A stretch of DNA of 64,000 nucleotides from the NCBI GenBank assembly GCA_964187785.1, contig OZ076409.1, positions 5,582,001 to 5,646,000 on the forward strand, read 5' to 3'. Positions 27,540-38,100 of the stretch are shown here, piece by piece (position 1 is the first letter of the stretch; the number at the start of each line of letters is the position of its first letter). The position numbers and the translations under genes were made by a program. The stretch comes from Amphiscolops sp. MND2022 (lineage: Eukaryota). The notes under the pieces are model-generated. The model was not told the DNA's origin. It did not search any database and was given only the letters and a program-made list of their open reading frames with translations.

Positions 27540-27885
27540 TGAAGTACCTTGGATTTGTTTAAGTTTTAGAAAGTTATCAGATCTTAGATGAATTATTTTA
27601 AAAAAGGTACAGTACTTTAAAGAGACGCTAACAGAGCTGCAGTGTTAGGTCTTAAGTCAAGACAACTTGATTGTGAAGAGTAAATTAGCGTTGTGTCGGA
27701 TATAAATCAGATTGATGCTTTACAATGTTGAGTATGGTATTGAATATAAATTAGATATCTTGATTACATTAATATTCAGAATACAAACATCTAGTCTAGA
27801 CATTAAGCAAAGAGGGGGGGTGAATGATCGAATATGAATTAAAAGTACATCAGTAAATGATCGAATATAAATTACAAGTATATCA
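27540..27885 (-). repeat. 3' LTR of element C (about 346 bp)
   Basis: Minus strand TGATATACT...TTCA, preceded by AAACCCGGTGGGA; matches 63835-64000. Confidence 0.85.
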
Positions 27886-28175
27886 TCCCACCGGGTTTAT
27901 CGTATCAAGATACGTTTTAATGAAACGGATTAGAGGTTTGTTTAAATCAGTTGAGGTAGTTTTATAGTCTCTAGGAGAGTTGGTTTTAAGGTGTACAGGA
28001 TTGAGAGAAATTGTAAGAACAGAAAATTTTTCTTTTGTGAATTTGTATATTTTTGATATTTTTCATCAAGTTGTAGGGTATCAAGTTGTATTATTTTTTC
28101 CTTACGTGTGAGTTTCGGGCGAATATGTAATTGGTATCTAGAGTCCAGTTTAAAACGAACGGAGTGTGGTTGTGA

Positions 28176-28908
28176 TGTAGCGATTACCTATCGAGTACAC
28201 GATTTTGAAAGTTTCGATGAAAATTTCGTTCAAGGGACTATATCCCCTCTACTGAAAAGTCATATTCCGCTGGACGGCAGCGTGTCTTTATTCAAGTACC
28301 TGCCCACAAAATTGAAGAGAATTTGAGCAAAAGACTCCGGGCAGACCCCAACCGAACGAGAAGACTGCAGAAAAACACGGCCGCTGTCAGAAAAAGACTC
28401 AAATTTCTGTCAAAACGGACTGAACTTTGTTTTAGCCAGTGCTTTCTTCAGCGAAGCGTTACAAGACGCTGTGATTACCGAAAATGAGTCAATTGGCTTG
28501 ACCAAGCATCCGTGCTTGTGTCCCCGGCTAATTGCTGCCTCAAAAGTGCTGATTATGTAGTAATTTTTGTATTTTCTTGTTGTAACAGCTCGTGAGCTAC
28601 TTATTTCGATTTCCTGTGTAACTTCTAAAAAACTTGATTTTCCTTTCCACCACTTGCATTTTTTAAAGGCTATCTAAGCGTTGGTTCCGAAGAAAAAGCG
28701 TAATGCGCGCTACTGTTAGCAATTACAGACTGGATCAGGCCGGCAAGCACTTCTTAAGAAGCGGAATCCTCCTCTGACGGGACATTTCTTACCCGAAGGA
28801 GGCAAAATGGACTCATGGCCATGGGCGCCTGTCCCGGGCAAATACCCATGCCATGTGTTCCTCCTGCTCTTATGGTTACGGCGACAATGGTGAGAGCTTG
28901 TCGTTACA
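28176..28908 (+). repeat. 5' LTR of element D
   Basis: Direct repeat of 46636-47368. Confidence 0.98.
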
Positions 28909-28924
28909 TGGAGAACACATTTTA

Positions 28925-28941
28925 TGGCGACCACAGAGGGA
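28925..28941 (+). promoter_or_regulatory. Primer-binding site, tRNA-Arg-like
   Basis: TGGCGACCACAGAGGGA resembles the complement of the tRNA-Arg 3' end (...UCCCUUCGUGGUCGCCA type) and lies 16 nt from the LTR end. Confidence 0.75.
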
Positions 28942-31285
28942 TCGCTTCGAAGTGCTCCCCTTAATGGTTTTAAAATAGCCGACCCTCTGGTGATTGACGC
29001 CAAGTACGACCCGACTCTGATGAAACGAAGAGAGAAGCAGAGTTTTTCCACGTTTTTACCCTGTGTGTGATTGAAGACTTCAAGCCCGGTGGATAAAGGT
29101 AAATCTTGTAAAAAAGCGCTGTATGTGATTTTCATGCTTTTTCAGTAGTTGACAGGTAACGATTGAAATAGCCTACCCTCTTAACGGGTCACTCATAAAA
29201 TTGGTCTAGCAAGCCGCTGGAAGGCTGCTAGAAACGTTAGCAGGTGTTTTCTAGCCTTTTTCAGCTTTTTATGACCAATGAAGTGAGTGTTGAGAAGAGG
29301 ACGATCCTTGCTCAGACGAATCTTACAATCTGCCGAAACGAGTTATACGACTCACCGATCCCATTTCTCGTACAGGCAACCTAGAGGAATGAAATTTGGT
29401 GGAGACGTATTACAAATGCTGACGTGTCTAATGGTGCAACCCGTTTATCTCTAGCTGTTCTGGGTGATGAGCAAAAAGAACGAGAAGACACGACTCGTCA
29501 GTCCGGGTTGTATAATATTTTTGAGTCAGGTTGAAAAAATTTTTTGGGTTGCTCAAAATTTTGTGTACGACCACTTGCCAATGTTTTTACGAGCCTTCTG
29601 TAACTAGGTGTGTGCTTTTGCACCTGTTTTGTGCGAAAAAAGTGCGTTTTTTCATGTATTTTCGACGAAAAGTGCCAAATTTGGCCATTTTGAGGCGAAA
29701 CACCTACATGAGCGCGAGCGCTCTTGGTGCTAGCCACACCCCTGCAGAAATTAAATAAAAGTAGCTCAGGACTCTAATGAGTTCGCAAAAAACGCGACGA
29801 ACTGCTCAAAGTTGCCCGAAAAGGCACTTAGTATAAATTTTGTGAGGAAAAAACCCCGTTTTTGGAAGACTGAACATTTCTAGCACTTTGTGGGGGAACT
29901 TGTATAGAAGCTTTTAAACACCCCCGTATGGTTGCAATTAGGTTGGGGTACACCTGCCGGTACCCAACAATACCCATTTTGGTAATTATAACCACTACTT
30001 CTTGAAAAAAGTTACGAGAACTGTGATTTTGAGGTTTTTCCAGAGTACTCTTAGAAGAAACCCAATTTGACTATTGACGAACACTTTTACGCTTAGAATA
30101 GCCCCCGGGCTATTATTTTCAGTTTATTCAGTAAATTTAACGATCTACAGTGAAGACCGCATCCCAAAACTCCTTTTCAGTGCTGAGAAAAGTAGAAAAA
30201 TGCACTAAAAAACCTCCATTCTCCTAAAATCCGGACTGTCTCTGAGCTAAGGTCGGGTCATTGATTCTTGGACCTTAGCCAAAAGGTGGTTGCATTTTCA
30301 TAACCACCACTAAAAAGAACGCTAGTGCCGAAAATTTGGTGGACGTAACTTTCACCAAAGTCGAAAAAAGTTCTCTAACGTTTCAACTTTAGGGGACTGT
30401 AAAACTGCCGAAATAATCCAAAACTGACGGACTGTCGGTGCCTCGTGTTTAACGGGCACACCTAATCGAGGGTTTATCCTAGTACTACGAGTAGTGGGGC
30501 AACACGTAGGTCCCATTTTTTTTAGCCCTACCACTTTTTGAGGTGACCCTCTTAGCCAATTTGAAAAAAAAGTAGTCCAAAATTTTTTTTATGAGTGTTG
30601 TCCAAGTAAGGTCGGAACCTCTAATAAGCATCCGCGCTTTCATTTGATGGTTTCACCGGCATTGTACACGCTCATCGACTGTAGCTACAAAGTTTCGTGT
30701 CAATCCAACCGGTACTTGGTGAGAAAATAGAAAAAACGTACCACTCAAAAAGTTGGGCATAGAGGATAATTTTTCAAATTTTTCCTGAGTGATCCGAGTA
30801 CCTTAATTGAAAAACGACGTTGAATTGCCGTTCATTTCTATCATTTGTACCAGATACTACGTTGTTTTGCAAATTTTGAGCCCGCTAGCTTTTTTTCAGT
30901 AAGGCACAATCTTGAAATAAGCATGAAAATTGATGTATCTTGGTGATTAAGGGTACCGAACGTCCGAATCAGCCTGAATCTTGAAATAAGAACCTTAGCT
31001 TAGATTTGATTTTGCTATCGTGTAGTACACCTACCACAAGGTCAGGTGGCCAATTTTCAAGTGTCTCCGACGATTAGACGTTGCGCTCGAGGCATCTTAG
31101 TCATTTTTAAAGAAATCTGAAAAACTCAAAAATTGTCTAAAAACTCGATTGTTTGCGAATTAGCTGTTCCGCAAGCCCCAAACGCACGGTTTCCGGCCCC
31201 ACACCACGGTATAAATGCGCTGTGTAAATTTCACGCCGGTACGACCCCTAGATTGATTTTTGACTTTTTCGAGACGTGTGAAATC

Positions 31286-32125
31286 ATGAAAACTAACAGT
31301 TTGCGTAACCTTTGGAATTCTATAACGAGAACATTAATCAGCACGAACACCCGGCGATGCTCTAATCTTTCAAGAGGGGGGAGGAAGGACACGTCGCGAC
31401 GCGCTGAAGCATCGAAAACACCAGACCCAACGGGATGCGAGACAAATCGCAGTGCAATATCAGACCTGACCTCAGACCCCAGGGAGGAAGATTGGCCAAC
31501 TGATGACAGTTTCGTTATGGAACCCGATTTTTCAGACCCTATGTCAGACGACGCATCGGAGAAGTATCAGGCCAAGCCGGTCGCCAGGACTACCGATGAT
31601 ATCGGAGGTTCAGTTGACGAAACAGGAAGTCAGACCCATACTTCCAAATGGTTGCTGAACTTACCCAGCGCTGTCACACCCTATGGTGTAGATGACACTG
31701 GAGCGTGGCCTAACTCCAACAAGACGAATGAAGATGAAGTAGAAATGAGCTGCCTGAATGCGACGGGGCAATTCAAAGCTCCAAGCACTGCGAGTGAGGG
31801 CACAGCTCATACCACAGAAGTACTCCAACAAATGTCCTATATAGGAGGCATGGATTATGCCAGGGCACGTCTTCAAGAAGCTACGGCTCCCCGAGCATCT
31901 GGGAAGGGTAAGCAAGTACGGCCCCCAGCTTTATTAGCACTAACCAGTACTACAGGACCTCATGGCGATTCACGCTCATCCTCACCCTCATCAAAAGCTG
32001 CATCTGCCCGATCTTCGGCATATCGAGCCGTACATGAAGCAGCGAAAGCGCGCAAAGCTCTATTAGATGCTCAGATAGGCGTGAAGCAAGCTGCTTCACA
32101 ACTGTCTGAGCGCAAGGCAAGGTGA
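31286..32125 (+). CDS. Disordered N-terminal part of element D Gag; in frame with the next ORF across one TGA
   Basis: First ATG at 31286. After TGA at 32123-32125 the same frame continues D-R-E-H-Q-S-I into the ATG at 32147. Confidence 0.8.
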   Translation: MKTNSLRNLWNSITRTLISTNTRRCSNLSRGGRKDTSRRAEASKTPDPTGCETNRSAISDLTSDPREEDWPTDDSFVMEPDFSDPMSDDASEKYQAKPVARTTDDIGGSVDETGSQTHTSKWLLNLPSAVTPYGVDDTGAWPNSNKTNEDEVEMSCLNATGQFKAPSTASEGTAHTTEVLQQMSYIGGMDYARARLQEATAPRASGKGKQVRPPALLALTSTTGPHGDSRSSSPSSKAASARSSAYRAVHEAAKARKALLDAQIGVKQAASQLSERKAR

Positions 32126-32146
32126 GATAGAGAGCACCAGTCAATA

Positions 32147-35100
32147 ATGGAGGAAATAGAAGCCGTGCAGGCTGAATTGCGAACATCAACTGAGCGACAA
32201 GCGCAAGGACATGAAATTCAGGCCGCCCGAATGGATGCTATGGGCTATCGAATGGCCGAAATGAAAGACATGGTGGCCGAAAGAGAGGTGCGCATGGAAG
32301 CTCAAATGCAAGAGGTATGTTCACAGATACAAGCAATGGGCACTATGTTAAAAAATATCCAATCTCGACCCGCACCAGCGAGCAACACTATCAAAGAGTT
32401 GCTGCAAGACACTGACGTATCACTGCCAAAACCCATGAAAAGCGTCTCCCTCAAGCCAAAAGAGAGTGTGACGACTGCAACAAACCCATCTGGCTCTAAA
32501 CAGCACTTGGCGAGGTACGCGCCTTTGCCACAACCTCTGGTCTCAAATGGAGAGGCCGCATCAACCTCGACGAAATTTATCCCGTCTGCGGTATCAACAA
32601 AATATATTCCACGCACGACCAAAGCTCACAAGAAAGAACCAACGTGCGAGGTGATAACTATCGACACTTCAAGCATGGGTATCACCGGCCTGCGAGAGCC
32701 CACACGCACAAACGAGCTGACTGAAGTCACCAGCACCTTCCAAACAGCAAATGCAACTTTGGGAGAATCAGCTGCAGAATTCCAAACCGCGGACGATGGG
32801 TTGCCCCTGGGCAACCCATGCGCCAGCAGCACCCGACGCCGAGAAGTGACAATCCCCGAGAACACCGATGACTCTGTCAACTCAACGCGAGGCAGCAGTA
32901 TCCCGCCACCAGCTATCACTGAAGAAGCGCCTATATCACCGGAGCAACTCAGGTTTACCGAGGCAATATCCAAGGCCATGTCCAAGGAACTGGCGCCGCT
33001 AATTGCTAATCGAGATCAAACTAGGGTCCGCCCTACGGTGTACAAAGGCACTAAAGATGGTACTGTCGATGGATGGCTTCCAGTGATGAAGCGATTTCTA
33101 GAAAGGGTGCATGCAAAATCACCGAAGATCGACAAAGCCTGGGCTATCATCGACCACCTGGAAGGGGAGGCGAGAAATTATATGATCAACAAATCTGAAC
33201 CTGAACGAGACGAGCCCGACAAGGTATTCTCTCTCTTGGCCAGCAGGTTTGGAACCGGTGGAAACCGCATGCACGTCAGGCAAACCTTCATGTCTCGTGT
33301 CCAACAGGAAAAAGAGGATTGGATGCAATTCTTGGACGCATTGGAAGGTCTGCGCACCCAAGGTTTCCCAGACGAGCCTATCACTACACGTCGTTATGAA
33401 ATCCTGCAACGTTTTATAGATGGCGTCAATGACCCGACGCTGCGACAAGAGTTGGCCGTGGTGTACGCTGCGGAGACGTATTTGACTGAGCCACCAACTG
33501 TAGAATCCCTGAGATTCACCACGAGACAATTGCAACGGCATCGCCCAAACACGTCAAAACCTTACGACCCAAGGTATGCAATGAGATCGAGGCCTAATCC
33601 TTTCGTGCCAGGGAAATTGGTTCACCCGGCACCAGGCCTACCACAAAATGTGCTGCCTCCAAACCAAGGACAGCGAGAGGCAAAGCCCCAGATGGCCCCA
33701 CCAGGCCCTGCATCGGTAAAACAGGCTCCTGCACAGCAGCAACCAGCGAGAGTGATTCCCCAAGGAGCATGCTTCAACTGTGGACTATCGGGTCACTTTG
33801 CGAGGGAATGCCCACATCGAGACCTAGCAAAGAAACCCGCGGCTCGCGCTGCACCCGAAGAGCGAGTGAACCTGTGTGAGAACAATGTGGCCTCTGTATG
33901 TTCTGGCCCCGTATTCTGTGTTAAATGTGGCATGACCGAACACTCTGCATCACAATGCCAAAATGTTTCAGTACATGAGGATTTGGCCTACAGCCTCTGG
34001 GCTGAACAGCCATCTGCTTCTCAAACGATGAGTGACAATGAAATGGTACTCATGCTACGCCCTGCTGAAGCCGCTCACGTGGCGACGCCTCTTACCGTCA
34101 CATGTGGCAAAATCCAAATCCAGACGAACCCAGAGCCAACTACTTTTGATCCCCCGGGACGCACTATCATGTCTGCCCGACTACTGTTGGCGGTCGAGAG
34201 AGAAACCCGCCCAGAACTCACCATAGACGCTCCGATAGAAGAGATGACCGCAAACGAGAATTGCCGGCAACTGACTCTGCCCCAACCGGAGGAGTGGCAA
34301 GTGAAAGGTGTCACTTCGACGTATCATGCCTATTCTCCGATTCCAGTCAAAGTCTGCATAGTTGGTGTTGACATGCGTTTTGGCGCCACTATTATTACTG
34401 ATGCGTTTCCTCCTGGAATCTGCTTGGGACCGCAAGAGCTGCGCTGCTATAACATTGACGCTCAAGAACCAACTGGTGAAGCGAGAATCGATGAGCGTTC
34501 GTCGCTCGAGGTTTCATTCGTGGTTCCCGATGCTGCTCCCGTGCCATTACGTGGTCTAATAGACACTGGATCAGGAGTATCCATCCTCACCTTCTCAGCC
34601 TACAACCGAGTCGCCGTGCGCACTGGCACACTCTTACGACCTTATGGTATTGACTTATATGCCGCGAATGGGAAGACGATCAAAACTTTTGGTCTAGCGG
34701 AGAAAGTCAAATTCCAATTGGGAGGCTATGAATTGGAAACTAACTTCGTGGTAGTTGATGACGCTATGGGAGTGGAAGACTTCCTCCTGGGCAGAAACTT
34801 CCTAAGAGCTTATCAGGTCTTGGTAGACCTAACCGCGATGAAGGTCATTGTCCGAGCTCCCTCTGAACCGGTGTGGTACCATGCCCACGCGCAAGTAAGT
34901 AACGAATCGCTCAATTCGTCGGTAGCGATTGCACAGGACGTAGTGTTGCAACCTTTTGAACGCGCGATACTACGCGCTAGATTGCTTTCAGACAACTTAG
35001 AACCTTTCATGTTTCGAACCGTGCTAATCAATTTTCAAACACCTAACCGAATGTTAAAAAACGCCATCTTTTTAGAGGACACCGTGGCGACCGTGGGGGA

Positions 35101-38100
35101 AACTGGTTTCCTTTACGTCAGTTTAGGAAATCTCACCAGCAACGTACAGCGGATCAAAAAGGGCACTCTTTTAGGAACCGCGGTACCTGTGACGATGGTT
35201 CATAAAGCCATCCCCCAAATTGTCCCCGGACAATCAAATGAAACTCTGCAGTCAAATGCAAATTATGTTTGTAAAGTTTACGAACAGATGAACCTTGATT
35301 CTTCTTCTGAATATAGTTCTCCATCTGAATTTGAGTTTTTGTCCTCTACCGAACCGTCAGAACTAGGCTTGTCCGAGCGTGAAATAAAAAAACGAACCGA
35401 TCCGGCGCTAATGGCTCCGATACCGGGCCCGGAAGCACAACTCGACGAAGTGCGCGGTTTGTGGGGCTCGACCGCCAGCGACACGCTTAGTAAACGTTTG
35501 AACGAATTTGATGATTTGTTTATGAAATTCAAAGTCGACATTGGCAAATGTAAAATCGCTAAGCACCCGGTGGAAGTAGAGCCAGGGGCTATACCTCACG
35601 GTGAAGGTGCAAGACGAATGTCGCCTGACAAGGCAGAACGTGCTAACCAAGAAGTCCGTGACTTGCTAGCTTTGGGAATGATACAACCTTCCCTATCCCC
35701 TTGGGCGAGTGGAATTGTTATGGTCAAAAAGAAGAGTGGTGAATTGCGATTCTGTTGTGACTTTCGACCACCTAATGAAGTGACCATCAAAGACGCTTAT
35801 CCCTTGCCACGTATCGATGAGAGTCTATCCCGATTGGGCAAAGCCAAAATCTATACCAGTATTGACTTGGCATGGGCATTCTGGCAAATCCCTGTCCGAA
35901 AAGCCGATCGTCAAAAGACTGCCTTCGCTTGTGAACTTGGGTTATTTGAGTGGCGGCGTATGCCTTTTGGTATGTGTAACGCATCAGCAACATTTCAACG
36001 GGCAATAGCGCGAGCGCTACAAAGAATAGTGAACCGCGAAGGAAGTATGGTTATGGCCTATATCGATGACATTGTGATTGCTACCGAGACCATCGAGGAT
36101 CACATGGATAGACTACGCGAAGTATTGCAATGCCTGCGTGAGGCCGGCTTCAGAATGAGAGTCTCCAAGTGTGACTTTATGAAATCGGAGATCAAATATT
36201 TGGGCCGAGTTGTATCCGCAGATGGTATCAAGCCAGATCCAAAAGCTGTCGCCAAGCTGAAAGATTGGGATATCCCGCGAACCAAAACTGAATTGCAAAG
36301 TTTCTTGGGTTTTGCCAACTACTATCGGGATTTTATCCCATGGCATGCAAAGCTAGTTGCCCCTTTACATGCGATGACGGGCGCAGGCTCTCCATTTTTA
36401 TGGGGGGAGGAGCAGCAGCGAGCCTTTAACAGCATCAAAGTGGCACTAATGGAAGCCACTGCTCTGGCGCAACCCGACACTGAAGGCGAATTTGTTCTTG
36501 ACACCGATGCTAGTGGTGTAGCTATATCAGGTATTCTTCACCAATGGCAAGGACCACCTGAGAGTCACAAATTGCGACCGATTGTATTCGGAAGCAAAAA
36601 GTTAACCTCTACGCAAGCAAAGTATGGAGCCCCAAAACTGGAAATGTACGCTGCATACTATTTCATCTTGAAAAACCACAGCTATCTCTGTCCACGGAAA
36701 TTCACACTGAGAGTCGACAATCAGGCCCTATCCTGGCTAAAGACATATTCGATGGATCAGGCGATTATTGGTCGATGGATTATGGCTCTTGAAAAATATC
36801 ACTTCGGTATTGAGCACCGACCCAGAACGCAACATCGAAATGCTGATGGTCTTAGCAAACGAACAAATGACTATAAAAAACACGAAAAGCAATTAAAGGG
36901 TTTACCCGCAATTGCAGACCAATGGGATTTCCTATCACTAGAGGAATACAACAAACTCCCGCTAGCCCCATGGTTTGATGTCCACGGATGTGTGATACCA
37001 AATCACCCAGAATTGCCTGCACACTTGCAGAGGTTGGCTAGCCAAAGTTCACCCGAAACCACAGTTGCCGCTCCCACGCGAAGGAGCGGACAAAGCAAAC
37101 GAAGTGCGATCATGCGCGACGAAGCCATGAGAGCACCCCTACCTAGATTGCCAAAACCAGAACTGGCACTGCCTGCCGAACTTTATCCAGAGTATCCTGA
37201 GGATTGGTTGGAACTGACCGAGGAATATCAACGAGACTATTTGCTCCCCACGCATGCTGCTAACGTACCATCAAGAACCACTTATCCACTGACGGAAAAG
37301 CAAGCAACTAGCACTGCACCAGAGCACGTAAAACAAGCCGCGTTTGTGGTAAACAGCATATCGATGGAATTGCATGAACATGCTGACACAGTCCATGGGT
37401 TGAAAGATCTACTACTGGCACAAAACCGTGACGTCCACGTCTTGGCTATCAAGAAATTGGTAATGCAAGAGTCAATAGATCATGACATCTTTCCGGAAAA
37501 TGTACGTGCCTTTGCCAAAAACTACCACAAACAGAAGAAGAACCTTCTGCTGGTAAACGCGAACGGGGTTTTGTGTGTAAAGTACTCCAAAAGTCAAAAA
37601 GCTTTGCATGAACGCCCCTGCATGATAGTGATGCCCCAATTGTATCAGCATGAGATATTGTTCAAGGCCCACGACGCGATGGGACATCAGGGCATCGCGA
37701 AAGTCTTGGCCAGAATTCAAGAGCGCCACACTTGGCCAGGCATCCGCCGCACCATTGGACAATACGTCAGCCAATGTATCACTTGTCAACAAGTACGTGA
37801 CAAGCCTGGTGATGTACGCTTTCACTTGAAAAATATCCAAAGCGACTATTTTAACGAGCTAGTCCAATATGACCACATGAAAATTTGTCCCTCTGACGAT
37901 GGTAACACAGGGATCTTGGTTATTATTGATCATTTCTCTAAGCTCGCAGAAGCTGTGCCGTGCAACCACGATGAGTATGATGCAGCGACCACTTCAAAAT
38001 TGTTGTTGCAGAAATGGTTTGCCCGCCATGGAACGCCGACGAGAATGCAGTCAGACAATGCTCCCAACTTCACCGCGGCAGTATCTGCTGAGTTTATGAA

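Noticed and set aside
29017..29060. Hammerhead ribozyme (CTGATGA present)
   Set aside because: No GAAA follows the candidate stem II and no stems I/III with an NUH site could be built.
28716..29135. 139-aa antisense ORF across the LTR/PBS
   Set aside because: No motifs; overlaps constrained cis elements and is likely a chance ORF.
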